Below, in pieces: positions 21,761 to 35,452 of a DNA stretch of 64,000 bases (position 1 is the first letter of the stretch; the number at the start of each line of letters is the position of its first letter). Under the pieces are notes generated by a model. The model searched no databases, was not told the origin of the DNA, and saw nothing but the letters and a program-made list of their open reading frames with translations. Location: positions 64,001 to 128,000 of the IMG/VR virus record IMGVR_UViG_3300012979_001162, one strand, 5' to 3'. Made by a program: the position numbers and the translations under genes. The stretch comes from a virus (Duplodnaviria; Caudoviricetes).

Positions 21761-22280
21761 ATGCCGTCTTCATTCTCTTTGCCATGGCTTGTCCGTATGG
21801 TTTAAACGCTTCTTGCTCATCATAATTTGCTTCATTTAATATGTTCTGTCTCTCCTCCTCACTGAGAATTCTAGTAACCTTAATTCTATCTGCGATAATC
21901 CAAACCGCGTTATTATTTTCCTTAAACAGATAGAAGCCATTCTCAGGTAATCTATCTGTAAAACACTTCTTTTTTGTTTTTAAGGCTTCTTCTGTGTAGT
22001 CAATATCTGCACAATATTGTACCTCTGCCCACACCCTCCTGAACCTCTTCCCTCGTTGTGAACGATAAGTTCCATCATGGCTCATAAGATGAACAGCCGA
22101 CGGCAAATCTCGGCCTATATGCCATCCAAAACGCGGCGCAAACCCCTTTGTAGGAATACCTTCTGCCATAATCCACTCATTCATTGGTGTCTCTTTTGTT
22201 TTACCAATAAATAGCGGAAATAATACTCCATCGTCTCTTTGTTCGAACAACTTCCATCCTTTTGCAATTTTCATAATCAC
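21759..22280 (-). CDS. hypothetical phage protein (173 aa)
   Basis: GGAGG RBS; FAPRFGWH motif. Confidence 0.65.
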   Translation of the reverse strand: MIMKIAKGWKLFEQRDDGVLFPLFIGKTKETPMNEWIMAEGIPTKGFAPRFGWHIGRDLPSAVHLMSHDGTYRSQRGKRFRRVWAEVQYCADIDYTEEALKTKKKCFTDRLPENGFYLFKENNNAVWIIADRIKVTRILSEEERQNILNEANYDEQEAFKPYGQAMAKRMKTA

Positions 22281-22312
22281 TTTACCTCCTTATTATATAA
22301 TCATTTGTAATC

Positions 22313-22338
22313 AAAAAAGAGATGATTGCTCATCTCTT
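22313..22338 (-). terminator. intrinsic terminator
   Basis: AAGAGATGA-ttgc-TCATCTCTT hairpin followed by a U-tract on the minus strand, right after the 22342 stop. Confidence 0.7.
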
Positions 22339-22341
22339 AAT

Positions 22342-22701
22342 TTATCTTGCCAATCTCTTTTCAATCCACTCTCCGATAGACGATACATCGAACTCACTCT
22401 TGTCGGCACATAAAACCTCAACTCCCATATCTTTGAGTTGACTCATAAGCATTAACAACTTTGCAGTGCTTCTTGAAAGTCTTGTAAGGTTTGTTATAAC
22501 TACCGTATCTCCATTTTTTAATTCTCCAAGAAGGTGCTTAAACTCTGGTCCAATGTCCAAACCGCTTACACCATCATCACAAAAGAAGCCATCAACTTTT
22601 AAGTTATTACCCTCACAATAATCGGCAATTACCCTCATTTGTTCATTTATTTCCTCTTTACTTGCTAACGCAACTCTACAATATCCATATACTTTACACA
22701 A
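22342..22701 (-). CDS. stand-alone serine-recombinase (resolvase) catalytic-like domain lacking the catalytic Ser
   Basis: YGYCRVA (canonical Y.RVS), DDGVSG, GDTVVIT.LTRLSRS; 119 aa with no DNA-binding domain. Confidence 0.75.
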   Translation of the reverse strand: MCKVYGYCRVALASKEEINEQMRVIADYCEGNNLKVDGFFCDDGVSGLDIGPEFKHLLGELKNGDTVVITNLTRLSRSTAKLLMLMSQLKDMGVEVLCADKSEFDVSSIGEWIEKRLAR

Positions 22702-22757
22702 TACAAACCTCTCCTTTTATAATCATTTTGTTTGGTATCTATTCAACAAAGACCTGC

Positions 22758-25700
22758 TTATTCGCAGATCTTGTTGATATCATTTTGCATTTGGCTCAAG
22801 CACTTATCGCAAATATGAAAAGATATAATGTTATCTACTGGATGAATACGCTGAATTTTTATGCTAATATGTCCATCGACCGCACTACAAACTAGACAAC
22901 GATTCCCTTCTTCACTTTGAGTTAATTCAATAATTTTATTTTCCATTATACATTCCTCCTAAATATTTTATTCTTCTATATGAAACTTATCATAACATTC
23001 TTTGTGAACGCCACTATTGAAGATGTCTATAATTGCAATTGCTACTTCCTTTGCATACTTCATAAGCTCAACATGCTCATCTATTTGTTCTGGATACAAT
23101 CTTTGGTGTCCGGCAGACATATAAATACCGGATGGATAACATTTGTCGCCATGATAATCTTCTTGAAGATAAAATTCAATCTTATCATTAAGTCTCTCGT
23201 TTGTTCTAATCGCTACACTATAAATATTTCCATTAGACGGATATTGTGAAAACCACACCTTTGTTCCGTCGATGTCATATCTGTAGAAGATATCACCCTC
23301 ATCTCTTGCTTTTGTTAATTCTAATACTGTTTTCATAATTATCCCTCCATTATAATAAGACATCTATCATCTCTATTGTAAATTCATCATGTTCATAGTC
23401 CAACCCAACATAAGCCATTTCGGCCCAACACATAGCATCTTCTGCATCATCATGTCCAACAACCGGCTCAAGCCTTTCATACAAATCATAACTCTCCCTA
23501 TAATAATACGCACATTTTGGGTCTTTTGTAAAGACCAATCTTGCTTCTACGCCATAACTAAATTTCATAATTAATCCTCCACAATATATCCATGCAATGA
23601 TAACCAATTTCTCTGCTCTGCAGAAAGCCCGGGACGATAATGTTGAAAATATCCATACTCATCTTCCAGCGCAACTTTTACCCAGCCTTCCATTTCCAAT
23701 GCTATTTCGCCACCACCAAGATGATGAGCAAGCGTAACGTGCTCGCAATGATTGCAAGGATAATGTCTACCCTCCAGAGAAAGCCAACCAATCTTCCAGT
23801 CTTTGTCCTGTTCCTGATAATACTCAAACATCTTTTCTTTAAGCCACTTAAGCTCCTTGACAATTTTTTCAGCCAGAGCATACTGCCTGTCGCTCAAATC
23901 ATAATCAATTATATAATGTCTTCCAATATCAATATTACCAAGAGTAATTTCGTTTCCCGATCTTGACAGCTTTATAAGAGAAATCTCTTGATAAACACAA
24001 TCTCCAATCTCTTCGCCCCATGTCTCTGGACTAGTCGGAGACCAATACGTACCCTTGGGAAAACTGAAACAAAGGAAGTCAAAGAAATCATTAATCATGT
24101 TCCACGTCATTTTAAAGGTATATTTTCCGTGAAAACTATATTGCCATTTCTGCGGTTTGTTCAACTCCAAAATTGTATCTTTCCATTCATTCCAAAATAC
24201 AGAAACATCATATTTCTTTTGGACCATCTTAACTGCATAGTTGTGTTTCGGGCAATTCATAAAGTCGCACTTCTCACAATCGCATTTAAAAGGATTGATC
24301 GTTCGACCAATATCAAACTTCTGACCTTTAACCGGAACAAATTCCAAATACATATTAGTCCTCCTTAAGAATGCTTGCATATTTCTTTAAATTTACATTC
24401 AACCACATTTCTCCATCCTTTGGCCCACAAAGAACAACTCCAAAACAAGCGTTATCTCTACCAAACTGGTAGATCACATCATTAACACAATAATCATCGC
24501 CATCCTTACGATACCAATCACCCTTAGACTCTTTCAGCAACTTCTTAAATTCGTCAATGTGTAATCCATGAAACTTCGGCAATCTCCAATCTACCGAAGG
24601 GTCAAGCTCAATTTTACACTTCGCAAACAGATTGCGCAGCGTCACTCTTTCGTGCCACTCAAGCCTACAATAATCCAAGCCTTCCTGAAAGCTCAGCGCA
24701 TCGGCAATGACTTCAAGGCCAGACTTCAGACACATGCGTCTTCTTTCTTCCATATCCCAAAAATAATCAATGCCGCGACAATCTTGCTTTAAGAGCGCCC
24801 AGCAATCGTTGCCGGTTTTATCTATCACTCTGTTCAACACATTAAACTCATAACTCGTAAGCGTTTTATATGCTTTTCTCATTATCTTTTCTCCTTAAAA
24901 AGTAAAATCTTGATACACCTCAGTATCACCCTTAAGCTCTATTCCCTTGGAAATATCATCCCATTTCTGGCACCAATACTTCTTCGTACTTCGGTCATAG
25001 TCTTCTTTAATATAAACCTGTGATGGCTTCGCTTCTTGTTCATTCATCGGTTTTCTTGTGAAGTATTCGCCGCGCTTCAGCTCTTTAAGTTTCATAACAA
25101 CCTCCTTTTAATAATCATCATCCAAATTATCTTGCCAATCTTCTGGCGGCAAGAGTTCTTGCCCAGACAAATTATACCACTGCCCGCACTGACCACATCG
25201 ACAGGCACCATAATATTCATCATACAAATATACCTCGTTTCCGCAATGACATGTACCATGTGCATCATCTCTGACCGTCCACGATTCTTTTACAATCTTA
25301 TCAAAGCGCACAAACTTACCTGGGTTTTCTAAACACCACTTATAATTTTTAAGTGCGTCTGGATTAAGATCATCAAATACTTTTCCATTTTCATCACACG
25401 GAAAACCAAATCCGTTTCTATGACCATCATCAAATACCTTACTGTATTCGACGACCGTTCTGTATTGTGCCGGTGTGTAATTTTCTATCATAACCAAATC
25501 TCCTTATGGTTCATAATCAAACTCTCGAAGTCCGCCGCTATCCCTGACGTATTCCATACAATCTTCGATATCAAACTCCTTATCCATCTCTTCGCATTCT
25601 CCTTCGTAATACAAGAAAATCATATCGATTAAATTATTCATTGTGGTCTGCGGTTCATAACCTTGCCCTCTAATCCAATTTGCCATATGGTCATAGTCAC

Positions 25701-26875
25701 ACCATTTTTCTTTTGGATAAGTTGAATAATCCTTTTCTTCAAACCATCTACCAAACCAGTCTACCATATTGTTTGCCTCCTTCAAAAATATCCTTTATCG
25801 ATTTTTACTTGCAATAACTCTTGCTCTCCATTCGTTATATAGAATTGCATTTTCAAGAGTATCAACATTTGTTTCTTTATCGTAGTCCACGGAATATTCT
25901 CTTGGATGTACTTCTGATAAAACCTTAATATTATATCTTTGACCATCGTCACAAATACAATAAGCAAATGTATTTCTCGCATAATCATATCTGCCCTTAG
26001 AACATTTTAAAATTTTTCCTTCGGGCTTATTTCCTTTAAACATTTTTCTTGCGGTCATATAACCCCTCCTTCTATTTCCAATAAGTTTTACAAAATCCCT
26101 GATTCGGGTCGCCATAACTCCTCATATCACACTCTTCATACGTTCCTTGATATGAAGCCGACACAAGTTTTAGCGGATATTTGAGCTTATCAACCTGTTT
26201 GTCATAACATCCAATTTCAATTCCCTTGCAACGATTGCTCTGTAAACAAGTCTTTCCACGCTTCAAAATATCTTCCATTGTAGACGGATACTCATCACCA
26301 TCGAATATCATTCCTTCGCATTTGTTCCAGTATGCAAGAATTCCATACAGGTCTGCTGTTTCTCTTGTATCGTCATATTCAAATACATACCCATAATCAT
26401 AGTAGGTATCCTTGATATATCCTCCACCAAATTCCTGCGGTATCAAAATCTTATAACGATCACCATCTGTTAAATTGCTTCTCTTTGTAGTTTTATCTGC
26501 TCTCATCCAAGAAAAACTTCCCATATTATTTATTCTCCTTTATTCAAACCAATAATCTCCACACGGAGTATCTTCATTTACTTGTGTAATGTGCAACATC
26601 TTTCCGGGGGTTCCGTTAAAATATTCTCGACAAATATCAAGAGCCTCATCTTCTGTTCGGTCTCCAATGTAATCAACTCGCTCATTAATATAATCATAGA
26701 ATCTCAGTTCCTCAAACAGTGTCTGAATCTCTTCTATGGTCATATAGAAAAATGTCCATTCTGCAATTCTATAACAAGTTACTGATTCGACTCCGTCATT
26801 ATAATAAACATTCCCAGATATATGAACGACCTTGCGGTCGCCGTTCATTTCTACTGAGTAAAAATATCTATCCAT
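22758..26875 (-). other. cluster of ~11 hypothetical genes (including 23571-~24353, 24355-24882, 25108-25497, 26072-26524, 26540-26875)
   Basis: tightly packed minus-strand ORFs with GGAGG RBS. Confidence 0.6.
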
Positions 26876-26887
26876 ATTAACCTCCTA

Positions 26888-27535
26888 TTAATTAATCCAT
26901 TTTAATGTTGTATCTCCGTGATAACCCTTATACCAAACAAACCACGCATAACACTTTGCACTACTCGCTTTCTTGGGTGTACCATCCTTGTTATAAATCG
27001 TATTACCCTCTTTGTCTTTTGCTGTAAAATCACCATTCGGGCCACACAACACTCTGTTGACACAAACATATACAGTCTTTGGCGGCGTTTCTGTAAATAA
27101 CTTTCTTCTGCCCTCACTCTCAAGGAACTGTATAGGTAAAAACAATGCAACCTTGCCACCCTCAGGAACTAATTCTAAACAATGTTCTACCCATTCTTTT
27201 GCACAAGCGTAAGGTGGGTTGGTTACTATATTTGGGGCCAACGTTTCTGTACATTCAAAAAAATCAACTCCGCCCTGTCCATAACCCCTGTCAATTAGGT
27301 CTGTGCTTACTACGTCATAGCCAAGTTCTTCGAATCGCCGGGCTAAATGTCCCCCTCCGCAACAATTCTCCCATATCCCACCATCAAAGGCTTCTACTCC
27401 ACAAATCAAATCGGCACACAAAGGCTCGGAAGCATAATAATCATGCTCGGCTCGGTCATGATTTGTATGATTCGATGCCCCTAGTGTTACGAATGTTGTT
27501 TTATGATTGCCCGTCCAGTCTTTCTGCTGCTTCAT
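26888..27535 (-). CDS. DNA amino-methyltransferase (N6-adenine type)
   Basis: motif I WENCCGGG, STDL, VDFF and catalytic IVTNPPY. Confidence 0.85.
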   Translation of the reverse strand: MKQQKDWTGNHKTTFVTLGASNHTNHDRAEHDYYASEPLCADLICGVEAFDGGIWENCCGGGHLARRFEELGYDVVSTDLIDRGYGQGGVDFFECTETLAPNIVTNPPYACAKEWVEHCLELVPEGGKVALFLPIQFLESEGRRKLFTETPPKTVYVCVNRVLCGPNGDFTAKDKEGNTIYNKDGTPKKASSAKCYAWFVWYKGYHGDTTLKWIN

Positions 27536-27814
27536 GATGTCTATTTCCCTTTCTTAAATTAAATTCCTAAATCCATTTCTCGATAACGTATAAACTTCTC
27601 TTTCGTTTCTACGTTCAGCTTCTTCCCATAAGGAGAAAATGGATCTGTTGTAATGTTCCTCATGTCGTTGAGCGCCTTCTCAAAAACCTCGCGCTCGTCA
27701 TTTATTGTTCTTCTCCAGAAATTTTGACAATCCCTAAAAAAGTGCTCCATTACTAATTGTGTATCGTGTTCATTTAACATTTATACCATCCTTCCACAAA
27801 TCATTTTGTATTGT

Positions 27815-28501
27815 TTAATGTTCATCAAAATAAACTGCCTTTACCTTCTTGTTCCAACATACTCCGCAAGCTGAACAGTTAGTCTCTCTGCCGGGACAAT
27901 GGAACGCATTCTTTGGAATTTCAGGTGTAAATCTTTCATCCTTAAACTTCACATATGCAATAGGCAATCCGTGAGGATTAGGTACTTCCCAAAGTACATC
28001 CCAAGCAGAGAAGAAGATATTATAATTCTCAGGAAGCTTTCCGCCATCATCCAAATACTTATTTACCAAATCATATTTCTTCGTATATGCCATAAACTTC
28101 ACATTAGGAAACTTCTTTGCAAGCTCTACACTTCTTTCCAAGAATTCCACATCAGGATAGTCTCCAGAATCAAAGAATCTTACCATAGGCAGCCCACTGA
28201 ACTTAATCTTGTAATGCAATTGTTCAAAGAAATCATCCGCGCTATTGTTGTACAGTCTCAAATTTCTATAATAGGCACCCTGAACATTCGCAAAGCTCTG
28301 ACATCCGTGTTGAGCATAACACTTCAAATAACAAGGCGCATTCGGATTGCAAACGCTTACAGGAAATGGTACAGAAAGGCAAGCCTTTCCAAGTTTTCTG
28401 TTGTTATTATTTGCACAAATCTCATTGGTACGAAGTGCGAACTCCTCTATCTTTAATATCTTTTCTTCTTGCGTAAACTTATAATTATCTCTCTTTCCCA
28501 T
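27815..28501 (-). CDS. gp88-like (radical-SAM-related) Cys-rich phage protein
   Basis: N.KLG, C.P.APC..KCYA, RFFDSGD, AYTK, CPG...CSACG.CW motifs; start after AGGAG RBS. Confidence 0.65.
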   Translation of the reverse strand: MGKRDNYKFTQEEKILKIEEFALRTNEICANNNNRKLGKACLSVPFPVSVCNPNAPCYLKCYAQHGCQSFANVQGAYYRNLRLYNNSADDFFEQLHYKIKFSGLPMVRFFDSGDYPDVEFLERSVELAKKFPNVKFMAYTKKYDLVNKYLDDGGKLPENYNIFFSAWDVLWEVPNPHGLPIAYVKFKDERFTPEIPKNAFHCPGRETNCSACGVCWNKKVKAVYFDEH

Positions 28502-28549
28502 TTTGCATTTCTCCTTCATTATATCATATTTTAATCATTTTGTATTGCT

Positions 28550-31500
28550 TTAATTGAATGTAATCTCTCTCGTATAATCTTCGTCGTTTTTGTCATCCCA
28601 TACTAGAGCTCTCAGTTCACGTCCTATAGGTTTTTCCATATACACCGTCGGCCTACTTAAATCTTCGTCACTTTCATCATCTGCTACAAACTCCACGCAG
28701 ATACTTGGATAATCCGGATCAGCACTAATTGTAGCGTACAAATATCCACCTTCTACTTCTACTCTTAAGCAATCTTCCTGTTTGCTATACATTATTCATC
28801 CTCCTCAATTTCTACACAAATCTTTTTACAAAGTTCAAATGAGTCGCACCAAGTGTTCATAAAGTTTTGAAGTCTTGTGGCACAATACTCTTTCACGCAT
28901 TCAATGTTGTCAGAATTATCAACCATTCCATAAATATCATATGCCTCGGTAGAACCGCCGCCATAATATCCCATAGCAAACACGCCATCATCTTCGTCGA
29001 AGATTTGCATCAGCTTCATACCGTACCAGCCGCTTGGATCGCATTCTGGGTCTATGTCGATATCGTCAAACGTAAAATCCAATCTCTTAGTTTTTGTCTT
29101 TAACTCAAACAATCTATCTATGGCCTCTGCAGCCGTCATCATTTTAAATTTCATTACTCTTCCTCCTCAAGATACTTCTTACAAAACTTAATTGCATCGG
29201 CTTCTTCCAGTTCGGTCAGTTTATAATTCATCCAGTGCTTATCCCCATCGTTGTCGATATAGAATAGTTCGCTTCCCAGCTCTTCTTCGCAGACGTACCA
29301 CCCATCTTCGTCCTGTCCTACACAAATTCCAAAACAACCCTCATTATAATTTTCCCTATCTATAACTTTCGCCTCTTCAATGAATTCTGTCGGTACATCA
29401 ACCACCTCAAGCCAGCATACATTCTCATTAGCACCAAAATCATCAACATGTTCAATACATTTTATTTTCATTATACTTCCTCCAATTCACTTATATAATC
29501 AATCAAATCATAAACCTCATGCTCTGCGTTCTCCAAAGCATTAATGCTTCTGACCGCATATGGCTCACTCTTCTCAAGCTCTTTTCTACGTAAAAACAAT
29601 AGTTCTGATACAAAATCAAGCAAATCGTCAAGCTCGCTTGGTAAAATACAGTGTTTATCCATAAGTTTATTAAGTTGCATTTTAGTCATATACACCTCAA
29701 CTTTCTCCCGGGTTTAACCGCCCGGGACGGTTTTACTTTTTTTATCGTACAACGTCTATTCTAATGTTGTCCTTATTCATTTCTACGGTCTCAATCAAAA
29801 ACCTTACTCTTTCCTCGCCATCCATATTATCCCAACAATAATCAAGAATGGTCTCAAATAATTCTATTCCAGAATTTCTACCAACACCCGCCATGTCGGT
29901 AATCTTGTGATTTTTACAAAACGTAACCACATCCCCAATAGTTCTAAGCTTTCCTCTTAACAATGCATTAGTCGTTCTCTTTGACATTCCAAAATCCACA
30001 ATCAGCACATTAAAGCATTCTTCCTTGTAGGGAATTGCAACATTTCTTTTAACATATACTGATTCAAGTGCCTTTGATAATGTGATGCCCTCTGCCATTC
30101 TATCTACGATAATATCCATAACGTCTATATTGATCTGTGTCATAATAATTTTCTCCTTTGTAATTAAATCATTTTGTTGTGTATTAGCCATAAATTATCT
30201 CGTTAAACAAGGCATACTGGAAGATAATATCTCCAACTTCACCGTCGATTGTATCTATATCTCCGTCCCAATATTTATTTTCGATGGCTAATTTAATACC
30301 ATTAAGCAACTTGTCGAGCGTAAGATCCCATGTTTCAGACTCGTCTTCGACATCATACATCAATATTGCGTCGCCCTTCTTTAACATATGATACAAAATA
30401 TCTTCGTATGTGCGGTCTTCTTTGCTAAGTTCGTCCCTAGCTTCATAATACTCATTACTATCATGAACTCCGCCCCAATAACCAATATCAGAGGTTGCCG
30501 AACTAATGATGTCAATCATATCATCATCGCTAAATTTAAATGTTGGTGTCACTGAATATTTATTCATTTCTTATTCGTCCTCCTCTTCTTCAGGATAAAT
30601 TACCTCGCCGTCATCGTTATATGACTGACAACAAACATCGCAATACCAATATCCAACTCCGTGGATATCCTCTCTACGCTCACACTCAAAATCACAATCA
30701 GGGCATTCAAAGTAATCGGGATCGTCTTCGAGTTCTTCAATATCATTATATTCAATATCCTCGAACACATCTACAGACTCATCGCTCCCTGAAACCCCCA
30801 CTAACTTATCACTACCACCATTGCCTGCATAAGCAACCAATGACGGAAGGTCCATTGATGCCTTTTTATATGCATCATCCTCGTTACATGCCCAAACATC
30901 CTTGGTAACCACAACCTCAACTACACCACAAACTCTAAACTTCTTCATTTATTTAATCCTCCTTAATAATTTTCATCCACATAAGGGAAGTTCGCTCCTA
31001 CTTCCTTCTTTAAATGAGCCACAACAAAATCTGTAATCTCTTTGCCGAGCGTCAAGATATCATCATACTCCAAGACGATACTCGGTACGCTCATTTCAAG
31101 CATATTCCTCACATACTCTTCTGTAAGGTCATCAATGTTATCCCAATATGTCATATTTGCTTTCTTGTTCATTATTCATCGCCCTCCTCATAATAAATAT
31201 TTTCTAAATTAATTTCATCTACATGATTTACCATCATATCAAGAACATTAAATTCAAAAGAATGTTCGTCGAAATACTTCTTGTTTTTATTAACAAACTC
31301 CACATCATTCTTCAACAACAGCCATTCTGTCGCACCGTCCGGAACCTCTCTCCATTCCAAATCAACCTCGTAGGCGTTTAACTCGTCTTCAAGATCCGCA
31401 TAAAAATAATCGGTAATATATGCGTCCATTCTATCTAATATGTCTTCAGCGCAGGTGAATCTATCACTTTCAATATCACCAAGATTGGCACCTTGTCCAT

Positions 31501-31621
31501 CATAAACACCCCAACGCCAAGGATCATACTCTTCGTCTGCAGTTTTATATTTAACAAGCGTAAATTCTACGCACTCTAAAAATTCTTCGAATAATTCTTC
31601 CCATTTGTTTTGCTTTTTCAT
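28550..31621 (-). other. cluster of ~9 small, mostly acidic hypothetical genes
   Basis: abutting minus-strand ORFs with RBS. Confidence 0.6.
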
Positions 31622-31630
31622 AATGACCTC

Positions 31631-32215
31631 CTAAATCTTTTCTGATTTCAAATTCGTTTTGCATTTACTACAACGATACTTGTCTGCTCTACGCACCGCC
31701 TCGCAATTTGTTTTATACTTCCATTCTGCGCCACAGTCCGGACAATACAATCTATACTTATATGGATTGCATTTATTTGCTTCTGCTCTTGCTTGTTGAG
31801 CCGCATTATGAAATGTCTCATTGTTGGACAATCTACTTGCTTCATAACCCCAACGCTTTCCAATTTTATCCGCCCTTATCTTCCATTCATATCCGTGGTG
31901 CTCTTTCGGTGCAACAAAGTGTCCAACCTCGTGGCACAATACCTTTCGAATACAATCATAATCTTGACCACAGTTTGTACTCAAAGTAATAATACATCTT
32001 GAATGTCTTATTTTGTTTATATTTCTCTCTGATGGATTTTCAAAAGAACAAGTACAAAGTCCAAGATGACTATACGAACTATCGTGATACAGTTCGGGGT
32101 CGCAATGTTCAAAATACTGCGGATACAAGCATCTTGCTTCGTCCTTTACTTCTTTCCAAATCTCCCAAATGCGTGGGTCTGTCACATCTTTGTAAGTTTT
32201 CTTTCGGTATATCAT
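31631..32215 (-). CDS. SprT-like zinc metalloprotease with C-terminal Zn ribbon
   Basis: HEVGH (HExxH), HHG.EWK, CPDC...CSKC. Confidence 0.8.
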   Translation of the reverse strand: MIYRKKTYKDVTDPRIWEIWKEVKDEARCLYPQYFEHCDPELYHDSSYSHLGLCTCSFENPSERNINKIRHSRCIITLSTNCGQDYDCIRKVLCHEVGHFVAPKEHHGYEWKIRADKIGKRWGYEASRLSNNETFHNAAQQARAEANKCNPYKYRLYCPDCGAEWKYKTNCEAVRRADKYRCSKCKTNLKSEKI

Positions 32216-35200
32216 ATTTCCTCCTCTTCATCAACGGGTAAATTGTTGATATAATCATTAAGTGTATACTCAACGCTCATCCAGTACGATTCAAAGTAAT
32301 TGTCGTTCTTACTAAGGTTATGAAGTGCATCGATTGCTATTTCTCTAATTTGGTCGTCAGACAGCTCTACGTCGTGTCCTTCGTCTTCATATTTGCTTTT
32401 TACATCTGCAATCATACAATCAAGCTCATATTCCTCGTGAGCACTTATAAGTTCGCTAAAAGTCAGTGCGAATGCTTTTCCACCTCTATAAATTGTCATA
32501 ATTATTCCTCCTCTGCAAATTTCAAATCGCCAATATTATCAAAAATGCCATTGTCTTCAAGGCAATCTCCATAGAATCCCCAACAACTATCAATCTCATC
32601 TTCATCTTCATATTCTCTAATAACTTCGCCGCAGTGAGGACACTTTTCTTGTTCGATAACCTTTTTGGTTAGTACAAACCCATAAGTCTCGCCTCTCAGA
32701 TACATATCATATGGTTTAACTTCTCCTTCGATGTGATAGTCTGCGCAATCTTTCCAGTTTTCCTCAGTGATAGGAGTGTACTTAATCGAATAAGTTACGT
32801 TGCCATTAGGATGCTCGTGAGGAATTTTAATAAATTCTCCATTCTCATCTTTTTCAGGGATGCCGCCCCATTCATACATGGCTTTTTCTTTAGACACATA
32901 AACCCAACCAACACAACCGGCATCCCAACGGTCATTGTAAGGATAGCAAGAAGAAGTCGATATGGTTAAACCGCTATGGTCATAAAGATTAAGTTCTTTA
33001 ATATACACTTTGTCACTTTCGCAAGCAAGTTTGTACTTTTCTCTTGTAGACAGTTCCTCAAAGTCTTCATATTTCAGGCCACAGATGTTGCGTAGAATAT
33101 CATCAAAGAACTCATCACTATCGTCATAATCGTGTTTATCTCCTAACCTATATCTGTGATGAAAACATACCATTGTACACACATTATCCCATTCTCTTGG
33201 GTCTTCTGCACAATCATCTTGTTCGACTTTTAACGTGTATTCAATTCCCTCGCTATCTACCATCTTAAAAGGACTATGGTAAGCATAATGTTTATTATTT
33301 TTCATTTAATTTTCCTCCTTATAATTTGGATTTGTAATCCACCACTCATTTTTTACATCAATACAAGTAATCGCTTCGTCGGTCTCTTCACATTCTTCCA
33401 ACTGGATAAGCAATTCATATACCTCAGGTTCTTGCAAGAATAACAATTCCATATCTTGACACTGAAGTCTTACAAACAACTCATACGCTTCCTCATAAGT
33501 ATCAAAGTCGCCAAAGTCTTCCTCATAGTCTGTTATGCAATCATTCTCGTCATAACCAAGTCCACTTACATAATATCTGATTTTCATTTTACATCCTCCT
33601 TAAATTCGCTCTCTTGCCATAACAATTTGATGCGATTTATTGGTAAACCATTCGCTTAATTTTTCTCGCAGCACTTCATCAGTAGCATCAATCATTACAA
33701 GTTCAATATATGAATATGCCGTAGATGATCTCAATATTGGTGTATCAAGCTCTGACTTCAAATACCTTCCGTGCTTTGTAAAGAAACATTTTTCTGTCTC
33801 TTTTATAATTTCAAATGGCACTTTCACAACTGTATCATTGCCATGAAATGCATAAATAATGGTTGTAATATTCATATCATCTTCCTCCTTAAATCAATTC
33901 ATAGAGTAAATCAAATCCGTCTTCTTCACACCAATCACATTTTGACTCCTCATTATCTTCTTCATCTATATAATGAGGCAGAATCGCTTGCCTGCCCTCT
34001 CTGCTTTCAATGGCCCATAAACAGTGCTCACACACCCACATCGTTTGTCTTTCCATTTACATCGCCTCCAAAATAATTTCATAAAGCTCATATATAAAAC
34101 CTTCACATTCCACCATATCGTTGTAAACATCAATCATTTCGTATGGCGCTCCATTCTTACCGTGGCCAGTATTGTCAAGCCATAGATAAGCCTCTTCGGA
34201 TGGATCGTAACCATTATAGTAACTCAAAACTTCAGCAGCAAAGTCGCCCAGAGAGTCTTGCTTGTTAATATAAAAACTAAAGTCTTGTCCTGCCGAACTG
34301 TATTTTCCGAAGTCATAGCCACGCTCATCCTCGTACACCGAAAAACCATGCTCTTTAATTGTGTTAATTAATTTCTTACTAAGTTTCATATTAGCCCTCC
34401 TTATTGCAGTCATGAATTTTGTCCGCAAGAATTTCCAACGCTCTCTTAAGCGAGATGTTATAATGATTCTCGTAAAGTCCGACATAACCTGGACGACTTG
34501 TATTTGCAAGACCTGTGATGTAACCGTCTTTTGCCTGTGCAATGTACAAGTATAGATAATCGTCATCTGGGTGATTACTGCCCTTGCAGATAAACACCGT
34601 ATCTGCATTGAGGTCGTTTCGAATTGCTTCCGTAATTGATATGCGATTTTTTGCACTGATTGTTGTAAAGTCGTTTGTAAATTTCATATCAAACCTCCTT
34701 AAATTTCATATGCACTCAGATTCCAAGAGTGCCCTAATTCATAATAAAGCCCATACTTCTTAAACAACTTACTAAATTCTTCTTCCAGTTTCCAAGAACG
34801 ACTTGTATATCCATTCAAAACATAATTCAAACTTCCCTCAAAACTCATACTCAGGGTCTTCGGATTTGCATACTCAAAATAATCTCTTGGATTTCTCTCT
34901 TCATACTCATACAAATCCTCGGCAATCTTCTTGCCCTTTTCTCCGTGCCACGTCTCACTATTGGACCACGCCTTCCCATCAAAGTAGATGGTATTATCTC
35001 CCCAAAGTTCATGCTTTTGACAGAACTCATATATATCTATCGCTAATAGTTTGTACTTACTAAATGCTACGTTATTTTCCATGTTAATCTTCCTCCTCAA
35101 TAATCTTTCTGTAACCCATCTGTAAAAAACCAGATGTCGTCTATTGCGATTCTTAGTATTGCATAATCAGAAGGCGGTTTCCCTTCTGCTTTAAGTCTAT

Positions 35201-35267
35201 CGCATTCTTCATTAAGTCTTTTATAAAAATCTTTTGCCTCCTCAAGAGACATTGACTTGAATATCAT
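32212..35267 (-). other. cluster of ~9 hypothetical genes (including 32502-33305, 34391-34687, 34699-~35082, 35097-35267)
   Basis: co-oriented ORFs with RBS. Confidence 0.6.
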
Positions 35268-35288
35268 ATTCTCCTCCTTATATTTTAC

Positions 35289-35437
35289 ATACACTCATGA
35301 ATTCGTAAGCTTTCTTTAACAGTATCATATTATGCTGCGCTATCCTGAATAAGGATCATAAACCTGGCGATAGCCAGGTGCAAAGATCCGGTTTCAGGAG
35401 TTTGTGCAGCATTATTGAATTTTATTCCCTTGTGTAT
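35289..35437 (-). ncRNA. RT-associated array unit R8 (satellite array)
   Basis: arms ATACAC/GTGTAT; flank A ...TTTCTTTAACAGTATCAT; hairpin 35332-35412 with cGATAg loop; flank B TGAATTTTATTCCCTTG (+ strand). Confidence 0.75.
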
Positions 35438-35452
35438 ATTGGCGCTTATACC

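Noticed and set aside
22342-22701. Active resolvase/invertase with an invertible segment
   Set aside because: Catalytic Ser and DNA-binding domain are missing, and no flanking inversion sites were noticed
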